Assembly: GCA_026387175.1 (NCBI GenBank)
Contig: JAPLME010000008.1
Span: 149,883 to 213,882, forward strand
DNA: 64,000 nucleotides
Direction of reading: 5' to 3'
Source of the DNA: Candidatus Omnitrophota bacterium
GTDB taxonomy: Bacteria; Omnitrophota; Gorgyraeia; 2-01-FULL-45-10
Part shown: piece by piece, positions 18,244 through 29,576 of the stretch
Position numbering within the stretch: the first letter of the stretch is position 1
How the letters are laid out: every line of letters starts with the position of its first letter
Translations under genes and position numbers: made by a program
The notes under the pieces: model-generated
What the model was told of the DNA's origin: nothing
The model's database searches: none
What the model saw: the letters and a program-made list of their open reading frames with translations, nothing else

Positions 18244-18878
18244 TGTTTACTGGCATTATACAAGAGTTAGGAAGCGTGCAGAATATCAATAGAGTCGGCA
18301 ATATTTACAAACTCGATATCCGCTCGAACAGCATATATAAAGACGTCAGGATAGGTGACAGCGTCGCTGTCAACGGTGTCTGCCTGACTGCGGTCTCTAA
18401 AAAGAAAGATATATTGAGTTTCGATCTGATGGCAGAGACGATACGCAATACGAGCTTTGCCGGATTGAAGAATAACGACAGGGTCAACCTGGAAAGATCT
18501 CTGAAAGCGGGTGAGACGCTGGACGGGCATTTCGTCTTGGGGCACATCGATTGCGCGGGAGTAATAAAAAATATCAGGAAGATAGGCGATGATTTTATGA
18601 TAAGTATCGCCTTTCCCGGCGGCTTCGACCGTCTTGTGGTCGAGAAGGGATCGATCGCGGTAGATGGTGTGAGCCTTACGGTAAGCCATGCGGGCAAAGA
18701 TACGTTCGATGTCCACATCATACCGCATACATTGAAATCCACGATACTCGGTACAAAAAAATCGGGTGACAAAGTGAACCTCGAATTCGATATACTGGGG
18801 AAGTATATCGCAAAAGAAAGGGATGCCGGCAGCCGGCCGCGCGTAACGGAGGAATTCCTGCGAAGCAAAGGATTCTAA
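18243..18878 (+). CDS. ribE: riboflavin synthase alpha subunit
   Basis: MFTGIIQELG start and the duplicated lumazine-binding repeat (GDSVAVNGVCLT / GSIAVDGVSLT). Confidence 0.85.
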   Translation: MFTGIIQELGSVQNINRVGNIYKLDIRSNSIYKDVRIGDSVAVNGVCLTAVSKKKDILSFDLMAETIRNTSFAGLKNNDRVNLERSLKAGETLDGHFVLGHIDCAGVIKNIRKIGDDFMISIAFPGGFDRLVVEKGSIAVDGVSLTVSHAGKDTFDVHIIPHTLKSTILGTKKSGDKVNLEFDILGKYIAKERDAGSRPRVTEEFLRSKGF

Positions 18879-18905
18879 AGTATTATTTGAAAATAGCTAT
18901 ATATA

Positions 18906-19364
18906 ATGATATATTTAGCTATAAAGAAGGGGAGGTATGATATGGCGATAAGGAAGATGATTGCATTGGTGATCGCGGTTACTTTTATGGTGAGCATTAC
19001 CTCGCCGGTATTATTCGCGTCTTGCGGGACTTGCGGTAAACCTGCATCGGATGCCGAATGCGCTAAGGTGATGGCGAAGGATACGTGCGATAAACCCAAA
19101 GGAGACCCGCTGAGGAAATTAGGCCGAGGATTGGCCAATTGCCTGACTTTCCCCATTGAGATACCGAACCGTATATCCGACGTAAATAATTCCGACGGCC
19201 CGATGGCTGCGGTTACATACGGCCTGGTCAAGGGCACTGTAATGAGTCTCTTTAGAGCGATGATCGGGGCATATGAAGTCCTGACCTTCCCGATCCCGTT
19301 TCCGGGCGGTTACAGGCCTATAATTAAAGATCCTGAATTTATACTGGAAGACTGGAACGCCTAA
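18906..19364 (+). CDS. hypothetical exported Cys-containing protein
   Basis: N-terminal hydrophobic segment IALVIAVTFMVSITSPVLFA and motif CGTCGKP. No family recognised with confidence. The start may be Met 18942. Confidence 0.45.
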   Translation: MIYLAIKKGRYDMAIRKMIALVIAVTFMVSITSPVLFASCGTCGKPASDAECAKVMAKDTCDKPKGDPLRKLGRGLANCLTFPIEIPNRISDVNNSDGPMAAVTYGLVKGTVMSLFRAMIGAYEVLTFPIPFPGGYRPIIKDPEFILEDWNA

Positions 19365-19389
19365 GAATCATAAACTGTTTGAGTAATTT

Positions 19390-19423
19390 ATGCCCCGGGC
19401 AGATGATGCTCGGGGCATTTTTG
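19390..19423 (+). terminator. intrinsic terminator
   Basis: ATGCCCCG-ggcagatgatgct-CGGGGCAT followed by TTTTT. Confidence 0.5.
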
Positions 19424-19481
19424 CTGCCCAAAATATCTTTGTATATAGTCCCTAATATGATATTATATTATACTAAATGAG

Positions 19482-19558
19482 CGGGGCGTAGCGCAGCTGG
19501 CTAGCGCGCTTGGTTCGGGACCAAGAGGTCGGCGGTTCAAATCCGCCCGCCCCGACCA
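19482..19558 (+). tRNA. tRNA-Pro (anticodon CGG)
   Basis: Cloverleaf folds. Acceptor CGGGGCG/CGCCCCG, D-arm GCGC-AGCTGGCTA-GCGC, anticodon stem CTTGG/CCAAG with loop TTCGGGA, T-arm GGCGG-TTCAAAT-CCGCC, and encoded CCA. Confidence 0.9.
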
Positions 19559-19694
19559 TCCAGTCACATAAGAGATGCCATCGGAAACTATACATTTGCT
19601 GCCGGGCGGGCCTGCCCGCATGCGGCCATATCCTTGCTGGCAGGCGGGCTTACCCAGCGCCATAGCCGGTGCCTCCTGCCTATGGAAAAATTAA

Positions 19695-22572
<2,878 letters not shown>

Positions 22573-22581
22573 AGAACGGAT

Positions 22582-23202
22582 ATGAGCAGAAAATTTACAC
22601 TGAAGAGGTTCGTTGTCGGTTTACTCGGAACGAACTGTTATCTTGTCGCGGACGCCCTGACCAAAGAGGCGTGCCTGATCGATCCGGGCTCAGGACCGTA
22701 TCCGATAAAGAACTTCATAAGCAAAGAGGGCCTCGATTTGAAGTTCATAATAAATACGCACGGACATGGTGACCATATAGGCGCGAACGCATTTTTCGAT
22801 GTGCCGATATTCATACATAAACTCGATAAGGATTTTCTGACGAATCCCGGAATGAACATGTCGCGCATGTTTATGCCAGGCATAGTATCGCCCGGGGCCG
22901 AGAGATTGCTCGAGGAAGGGGATATTCTAAATCTCGGAGGGCTTGAATTGAAGATATTGCACACGCCCGGACACACTCCCGGATCGGTCTCGGTGGTCCT
23001 GGACGGAGTCGTCTTTACCGGAGACGCGCTCTTTGCCGGCTCGGTCGGCAGGACCGATTTCGAATACGGCGACCAGGACAGCCTCATCCGCTCTATAACG
23101 CAGAAGCTCTTTACGCTTAAAGACGATACTATCGTCTATCCGGGCCACGGCGGGCCTTCGACGATAGGTGAAGAGAAGAAGTCCAACCCATTTTTTTCAT
23201 GA
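22582..23202 (+). CDS. MBL-fold metallo-hydrolase (hydroxyacylglutathione-hydrolase-like)
   Basis: HGHGDH metal-binding motif and downstream TPGHTPGS. Confidence 0.7.
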   Translation: MSRKFTLKRFVVGLLGTNCYLVADALTKEACLIDPGSGPYPIKNFISKEGLDLKFIINTHGHGDHIGANAFFDVPIFIHKLDKDFLTNPGMNMSRMFMPGIVSPGAERLLEEGDILNLGGLELKILHTPGHTPGSVSVVLDGVVFTGDALFAGSVGRTDFEYGDQDSLIRSITQKLFTLKDDTIVYPGHGGPSTIGEEKKSNPFFS

Positions 23203-24089
23203 AGACATTAGTGGATGAATTTTTAAATTATCTTACGGTCGAAAGGGGCCTTAGCAAGAATACTATATCCGCTTACGGGACGGATCTCAATCATTTTACG
23301 GAGCATCTCGGGGCGCATGGTATCAGCGATCCCGATCATGTGAAGAGGCAGGATATCATGGATTATATGCTGAAGCTCAAAGACAACAAGATATCGAGCA
23401 ATTCCATATCCAGGGCGCTTGTGGCGATAAAGATGTTCTATAAATTCCTGGTGAGGGAACGATTGGCAAAAGACGATGTCGCCGGAGTCCTGGAATCGCC
23501 AAAACTTGTACGGCCCTTACCCAATGTCATGGGAATGCAGGAGGTTGAAAAACTGTTGGCCGCCCCCGACGTGCGGGGATGGATGGGTATAAGGGACAGG
23601 GCGGCGCTTGAACTCATGTACGCGACCGGGATGAGAGTTTCGGAGCTTGTCGATCTCACTATGGATGGCCTGAATTTAGACGTGGGATTTATAAAATGCC
23701 GGGGGAAAGGTGATAAGGAACGCATTGTGCCTATCGGCAAAAGCGCGAAGGAAGCGATCGAGAGGTATCTCGATAAAGTACGTCCGAAACTCCAGAAGAA
23801 GGACGCCCAGGACCAGCACCTCTTTTTGTCAAGGCTCGGCAAGAAGGTCTCGAGGGTATCGTTCTGGAAGATGATAAAAACAAATGTGAAGCTTGCCCGC
23901 ATAAAGAAAGATGTGACGCCGCATACTCTCAGGCACTCATTTGCTACGCACTTATTGGAGCGCGGGGCGGATCTGCGCGTCGTCCAGGAGATGCTTGGAC
24001 ATGCGGATATATCGACGACTCAGGTATATACGCATATAAATAAAGAGCGGCTGAAGTTAATACACAGGCAATTTCATCCGCGGGCGTAA
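23199..24089 (+). CDS. tyrosine recombinase XerC/XerD family
   Basis: 296 aa. N-terminal SAM-like domain and C-terminal catalytic RHSFATHLL...LGHADISTTQVYTHI (R-H-R-Y). Confidence 0.8.
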   Translation: MKTLVDEFLNYLTVERGLSKNTISAYGTDLNHFTEHLGAHGISDPDHVKRQDIMDYMLKLKDNKISSNSISRALVAIKMFYKFLVRERLAKDDVAGVLESPKLVRPLPNVMGMQEVEKLLAAPDVRGWMGIRDRAALELMYATGMRVSELVDLTMDGLNLDVGFIKCRGKGDKERIVPIGKSAKEAIERYLDKVRPKLQKKDAQDQHLFLSRLGKKVSRVSFWKMIKTNVKLARIKKDVTPHTLRHSFATHLLERGADLRVVQEMLGHADISTTQVYTHINKERLKLIHRQFHPRA

Positions 24090-24093
24090 ATTT

Positions 24094-24657
24094 TTCGGAT
24101 TCTATAGTTTGTCCCTTGCGTGTGGGTGCTTCGCGGGGACGCGAAATTTCCCCTGCGAGGAAATTTCGCTCGGAAAGATCGCTCGCTCTTTTTGGCAAGT
24201 AAGCGTACCAGGGCCAAAAATCCATGCCCGCTCGCGACTTTCGACGCCCCGCTCAACACCCACACGCAAGGGACTGCTGAGTAGTCCGAAAAATTTACTG
24301 ACAGGGTGAGTAGAGAGTGAGATTGGGATGGTGAGCGGAGGCGAAAATATCGCATGATGGATGGCGCCCCAGGTGATATCCTCAGGCAGCGGAACTTCTG
24401 CGGGAAGCCTGGAGCGACTTTCGTAAAATCTTGATACCTATAGGCGATATACCAGGACAATGAAACTGCGCGACAGTTTTTTACGTATAGGCAGGTTCAT
24501 TGGCCATCAAGATTTTACAACAGCGAATTTACATGCCTAATGTAAATCTGCGACAAGCGGAAGGCTTACCGCAGAAGTTTCGATGCTGTAGGAGAAATGA
24601 AGGGGGCGAGCCCCTGAGGATATTTTCGCCGTAGTGAGGATAGACGTAACTTCGGAA
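24094..24657 (+). repeat. composite structured repeat: X-type palindrome (X2, ~24094-24300), linker, Y-type element (Y2, ~24344-24657)
   Basis: X2 has an 18-bp perfect TIR GTCCCTTGCGTGTGGGTG (24111) pairing with CACCCACACGCAAGGGAC (24257) around the same core as X1. Y2 is near-identical to Y1 (1044-1250). Confidence 0.6.
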
Positions 24658-24676
24658 AAAGATAACAAGGAGGTGC

Positions 24677-24877
24677 GTGATGTGGTATTTAATAGGCGTC
24701 ATAGCGATAGCCCTGGTTGGCTTCTTTTTGTATGCGAACGCGAAGAAGAATAAGCGGGATGCGGAAAAAGCCAAGGCGGGAGATAAGCCGCCTTTCCGTA
24801 CGGAGGAAAAGCTGAGCTCATACAACAAGCCGATGGATAATCAGCACTCGCATGTAGACTTTGATGACGCGGAGTAG
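24677..24877 (+). CDS. hypothetical small membrane protein (66 aa)
   Basis: Strong RBS AAGGAGGTG 5-8 nt upstream. One TM helix (LIGVIAIALVGFFLY) then a charged tail. Start is GTG 24677 or ATG 24680. Confidence 0.4.
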   Translation: MMWYLIGVIAIALVGFFLYANAKKNKRDAEKAKAGDKPPFRTEEKLSSYNKPMDNQHSHVDFDDAE

Positions 24878-24909
24878 GGACTTCACTATAACCTCACAGC
24901 CATAAGCAT

Positions 24910-27546
24910 ATGGATCTTATAACCACACACATCAATGCGGACTTTGACGCGCTGGGATCGCTCGTAGCGGCGAAGAAGCTCTATCCGAACTCGCGGTTGT
25001 TAATGCCCGGCTCTCAGGAAGAGGCTGTGCGGGAGTTTCTGGCGCTGGCCAAGGAGCAGGTGATCGTAGAGACTGAAAAGGAGTGCAGGACCGATGATAT
25101 CGACAGGCTCATAATTGTAGACACCAGGCAAAGGTCGAGGATCGGCATGGCGTCAGAGCTTGTAGATAAAGGCGTTGAAGTTCATGCCTATGATCACCAC
25201 CCAAGAATGAAGGGCGATGTCGCCTGCGATCTGGATGTCTATGAAGAGGTTGGCGCGACGGTCACGATACTTGCCGATATCATACGAAAGAAGAGAATAA
25301 AACTGTCGTATTTAGAAGCGACGATAATGCTGCTCGGCATATACGAAGAGACCGGGTCGCTGACATACCGCGCTACAACCAAGCTCGACGTCGATATGGT
25401 GAGCTTTCTCCTGTCGCACGGCGCGAGCCTCGCCGTCGTATCGAGTTATCTGAACAGGGAGCTGAGCGAAGGAGAACTTTCGTTCCTTACGCGGCTTATA
25501 AATTCCACCGAACGTTTCATTGTAAAGGGGATCAGCATTTCATTCGTTGAAGTGGATAGCGCGACATATGTGGGCGAGCTGGGCGTGCTTCTCCATAAGC
25601 TCATCGAGATCGAGAATATACCGGTGCTGTTCGCGTTTATCAGGACGCCTCAAAAGAGAATAGATATCATCGCGCGTTCAAGTATAGCGTTAGTCGATGT
25701 GAATAAAGTGCTTTCGCGTCTTGGAGGGGGAGGACACCCCGGAGCCGCTGTAGCAAAGATACATAAGGATGATCTGCCCTGGGTCAAGAAGCGGCTGATG
25801 GAAGCATTGAAAGATACTATTAAGATTACAGTTAATGCGGAAGACATAATGGCAAGGGGCCTTAAGACCGTTTCGGCTAATGATACGGTGATGAGGGTTA
25901 AGAAGATATTATTGAAAGAAAATCTGGGCGGCATGGCGGTCGTTGATAAAGGCAAACTCGCCGGGATAATTACGCTCGTCGGGCTCAACAAGGCGCTGAA
26001 GCACGGATACGGACATTCGCGTATCAAAGGGTATATGTCATACAGGCCCGTTACCGTTAGGCCTGAAACGCCGCTTTACGCTATCCATAAAATAATTTCA
26101 GAGAAAGATTCCGGCGTTATCCCTGTGGTCGATAAAGGCGCGATGATAGGCGTGATTAACAGGACGGACGTTTTAAGGAGCGTGCATGACAGCCTCTTCT
26201 TGAAGCCCAGGGAACTGAAAAAGCGTGTTGTGTTAAACTTCGCCAAAAAGATGTCATCAGTGCTGCCGAAGGAGATAATCGCCCTGATGAAGAGGATAGG
26301 TGAGCTCTCCAACTCGGCTGGCTTCGCGGCATTTGCCGTGGGAGGGCTTGTAAGGGACCTGATGCTGGGCATCAAGAACCTGGATCTGGATATAGTGGTG
26401 GAGGGCGCGGCGATAAAGCTTGGGCATCTGCTCGCAACGGAGCTGAAGGCGGCAATAGTGGTGCATAAGAAATTCGGAACATGTTCGATAATAACGAAAG
26501 ATAAATTTAAGATAGACCTTGCGACGGCCCGTAAGGAAACTTATGAGAAGCCGGCAGCGTTGCCAACGGTAGAATTCAGTCCGCTTAAAGACGATCTCGT
26601 CAGACGGGATTTTACGATAAACGCGATGGCTATAAGCATAAACCGTTCGAGTTTCGGGCAGCTTATCGATTTCTTTAACGGTAAGCCCGACCTGGCGCAT
26701 GGAAGGATAAAGGTCCTGCATGACGGCTCGTTTATAGACGATCCGACCAGGATATTTCGCGCAGTGCGTTTCGAATCGCGGTTCGGGCTCGTCATCGATC
26801 ATCACACGGAAGAGCTCATAAAGAACGCGATAGAACAGTCTATGTTCGATAAGGTCGAGCCGCAGAGGATACGCGACGAGCTCATCCTGATACTTCAGGA
26901 GCCGGAGCCCTTAAAGGCGCTTAAGAGAATGGCCGAACTCGAGGAGCTCAGGTTTATCCACCCCGCCATTAAACTCGATAGCGATATGATAAGACTGTAT
27001 AATTCGATCGACGGAGTTTGTTCCATATATGAACGTTCTCAATATAAGAAGCGGGCCATCGACAAATGGCTTATGTATCTTATGGCGCTGTTTGAATACT
27101 TGACTTATAGCCAGGTTTCGGCTATATGTAGTAAGTTCGTCTTCAGGGGCTCCGACAGCCTCAGATTGCTTTCATATAAGAGTAAAGCTGACGCCGTAAC
27201 AAAGCTATTGAGTTCCAGAAAAGATCTCGCTCCCAGTAAGATATATAAACTACTTGAGCCCCTCTCGCTTGAGGTTATATTGCTTATCATGGCCAGGACA
27301 GCCTTGCTGGGTTCAGGAGTGAAGGCCGCGCGTATAAGTTCGCGGATAAAGGTCTTCCTTGCGAAATATAATGGAACGAGATTGCGTATCCGGGGCGACG
27401 ATCTTAAAGCTATGGGTCTCAAGAGCGGCCCGGCTTTTAAGGTGATACTTGACAAAGTCCTTTATCATAAGATAGACGGAACACTGAAGACAAAAAGAGA
27501 CGAATTAGAATACGCGCGCATTTTAACGCTCAAGAAGAACGGATAG
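24910..27546 (+). CDS. multidomain DHH-DHHA1 phosphoesterase / tandem CBS / polyA-polymerase-head (tRNA nucleotidyltransferase family) protein
   Basis: N-terminal DHH (HINADFDALGS, DHHP) and DHHA1 (GGGGHPGAAV). Tandem CBS region. Nucleotidyltransferase head AVGGLVRDLMLG...DLDIVVEG with downstream RDFTINAMA. Confidence 0.75.
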   Translation: MDLITTHINADFDALGSLVAAKKLYPNSRLLMPGSQEEAVREFLALAKEQVIVETEKECRTDDIDRLIIVDTRQRSRIGMASELVDKGVEVHAYDHHPRMKGDVACDLDVYEEVGATVTILADIIRKKRIKLSYLEATIMLLGIYEETGSLTYRATTKLDVDMVSFLLSHGASLAVVSSYLNRELSEGELSFLTRLINSTERFIVKGISISFVEVDSATYVGELGVLLHKLIEIENIPVLFAFIRTPQKRIDIIARSSIALVDVNKVLSRLGGGGHPGAAVAKIHKDDLPWVKKRLMEALKDTIKITVNAEDIMARGLKTVSANDTVMRVKKILLKENLGGMAVVDKGKLAGIITLVGLNKALKHGYGHSRIKGYMSYRPVTVRPETPLYAIHKIISEKDSGVIPVVDKGAMIGVINRTDVLRSVHDSLFLKPRELKKRVVLNFAKKMSSVLPKEIIALMKRIGELSNSAGFAAFAVGGLVRDLMLGIKNLDLDIVVEGAAIKLGHLLATELKAAIVVHKKFGTCSIITKDKFKIDLATARKETYEKPAALPTVEFSPLKDDLVRRDFTINAMAISINRSSFGQLIDFFNGKPDLAHGRIKVLHDGSFIDDPTRIFRAVRFESRFGLVIDHHTEELIKNAIEQSMFDKVEPQRIRDELILILQEPEPLKALKRMAELEELRFIHPAIKLDSDMIRLYNSIDGVCSIYERSQYKKRAIDKWLMYLMALFEYLTYSQVSAICSKFVFRGSDSLRLLSYKSKADAVTKLLSSRKDLAPSKIYKLLEPLSLEVILLIMARTALLGSGVKAARISSRIKVFLAKYNGTRLRIRGDDLKAMGLKSGPAFKVILDKVLYHKIDGTLKTKRDELEYARILTLKKNG

Positions 27547-27561
27547 GAAGCGGAGATACGG

Positions 27562-27948
27562 ATGAGTTCGCAAAGGATGGGAAGAGTGCAGGAGGCTATA
27601 CGGCAGGAGGTCAGCAAAATCCTGCATGATGAGATAAGGGACCCGAGGCTTGGGTTCTTGACGATAACTGGAGTCGAGCTCACGAAGGATCTCAGGTATG
27701 CGCGTATATATTTCAGCGTCCTGGGTGAGGATAAGGACAAGAAGCTCGCCCTTAAAGGCCTGAATAGCGCTAAGGGGTATATTAAGGGGCTGCTCGGCGA
27801 CAGGGTGAAGTTGAGATATATGCCTGAAATAGAATTTAAGATAGACGAGACGCTCGAGAGAACGCAGCGCATATATGAACTCTTCGATAAGATAAAGAAG
27901 GAGAAAAAAGATGATGCAGGAAGTGATAGAGGCGATAAAGAAACATAA
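27562..27948 (+). CDS. rbfA: ribosome-binding factor A
   Basis: RVQEAIRQEVSKIL...DPRLGFLTITGVELTKDLRYARIYFSV. Confidence 0.85.
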   Translation: MSSQRMGRVQEAIRQEVSKILHDEIRDPRLGFLTITGVELTKDLRYARIYFSVLGEDKDKKLALKGLNSAKGYIKGLLGDRVKLRYMPEIEFKIDETLERTQRIYELFDKIKKEKKDDAGSDRGDKET

Positions 27949-28879
27949 GAAATTTCTCATCAGCGCCCATATAAACCCGGAAGGCGATTCCCTCTGCAGT
28001 CAGCTCGCTATGAAGGAGCTCCTGATAGCCATAGGCAAGGAAGCCGCGATAGTTAATAATGATCCTGTGCCGGAGCACTACAAATTTCTGCCGGGAATAG
28101 ACAAACTTTCGACGGATTTGACTAAAAAGGTGGATTTCGACGCGGTCCTGATCCTGGATTGTCCGACCCTGAAAAGGGTGGGCAGCGTAGCCGGCATTAT
28201 AGGTAAGGGCAAAACCATAATAAACATAGATCATCATATTTCGAGTGAGAGATTCGGCGATGTAAACTGGGTCGATGCCAATGCCAGCTCCACGGGTGAG
28301 ATGGTATATAAGCTCTTTAAAGAGATGAGCGTGCCTCTAACTAAAGGTATCGCGCTCTCGATATATATAGCTATTCTGACGGATACAGGTTCATTTAACT
28401 ACGATAACACATCCGCCATAACACATGAGATAGCGGGCGATCTTTTAGGATATGGCCTTGAGCCCGGGTCAGTTTCTGAAAGCGTCTATGAGCGCAGGAC
28501 CCTGACCGATATAAAACTCCTCGGCCTTGTTCTGTCGACTCTGAAGGTCAATGAAACCGGTGAGGTAGCGTACCTCGAGATAACGCGAAAGATGGTTTCT
28601 GAAACGGGCGCCGATGTAACCAAGAGCGAAGGGTTTATCAACTATGCCCGTTCCATAGAGGGCATTAAAGTGGCGGTGCTATTTAAAGAGGACTTAAAGG
28701 ATAAGAATAAGATAAATATCAGCTTTCGCTCCAAAGGAAGGGCCGATGTCAACAGGATCGCGTCATCTTTCGGCGGCGGAGGACATGTGAAAGCTTCCGG
28801 TTGTATCCTCGAAGGCACCCTCGCCGATATCGAAGCCAAAGTCATCGCTAAGGTCGAAGAATCGCTAAAGCGCAGATAA
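27911..28879 (+). CDS. nrnA: DHH/DHHA1 phosphoesterase (NrnA-type oligoribonuclease/pAp phosphatase)
   Basis: DHH motif IINIDHH and DHHA1 GGGGHVKASG. Confidence 0.75.
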   Translation: MMQEVIEAIKKHKKFLISAHINPEGDSLCSQLAMKELLIAIGKEAAIVNNDPVPEHYKFLPGIDKLSTDLTKKVDFDAVLILDCPTLKRVGSVAGIIGKGKTIINIDHHISSERFGDVNWVDANASSTGEMVYKLFKEMSVPLTKGIALSIYIAILTDTGSFNYDNTSAITHEIAGDLLGYGLEPGSVSESVYERRTLTDIKLLGLVLSTLKVNETGEVAYLEITRKMVSETGADVTKSEGFINYARSIEGIKVAVLFKEDLKDKNKINISFRSKGRADVNRIASSFGGGGHVKASGCILEGTLADIEAKVIAKVEESLKRR

Positions 28880-28889
28880 ATTTTTTAAT

Positions 28890-29576
28890 ATGGAGAATAT
28901 AGACGGGATATTGATTGTAGACAAGCCGCAGGGCATGACGAGCCATGACGTTGTCGATGTCGTCCGCAGGCTCTATGGAACGAGGAAGGTGGGGCATGCG
29001 GGTACGCTCGACCCTATGGCGACCGGTGTCCTGATAATGCTTATTGGCAAGGCCACCAAAGTCTCGCAGGATCTCAGCGCCGAAGAGAAAGAGTATGATG
29101 CGACGCTTGTCTTAGGCGCGCGATCCGCTACGGGAGACGCCTGGGGTAAACTGGACCGTTCCGAAGGGCCGGTCGATTTTACCGATGACGAGATCAGGGC
29201 TGTCTTCAAACAATTTGAAGGTGAAATCGAGCAGACCCCTCCGGCCTATTCCGCAAAAAAGATCAACGGCGTAAAGATGTATCATCTCGCGCGGAAAGGC
29301 AAAAGTATTGAGGCCAGGCCGCAGAAGATATCGATAAAAAAGATATCCATATCGAAGATCGCTCTCCCCGAAGTCTCATTTGAACTCACCTGTTCAAAGG
29401 GTACTTATGTAAGGCAGCTCTGTATTGATATAGGAGAGCTTTTAGGCTGCGGCGGATATCTCTCGGCCCTGGAGCGCAGGCGCTCCGGGCGATTTACGAT
29501 GAGCCAGGCGAATTCGCTGGAAGAACTGAAGAAGATGAACCCCGCGCAGTTGGCGGAGAGGGTGCTGCCCGTATGA
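28890..29576 (+). CDS. truB: tRNA pseudouridine(55) synthase
   Basis: Catalytic-Asp motif HAGTLDPMATGVL. Confidence 0.9.
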   Translation: MENIDGILIVDKPQGMTSHDVVDVVRRLYGTRKVGHAGTLDPMATGVLIMLIGKATKVSQDLSAEEKEYDATLVLGARSATGDAWGKLDRSEGPVDFTDDEIRAVFKQFEGEIEQTPPAYSAKKINGVKMYHLARKGKSIEARPQKISIKKISISKIALPEVSFELTCSKGTYVRQLCIDIGELLGCGGYLSALERRRSGRFTMSQANSLEELKKMNPAQLAERVLPV

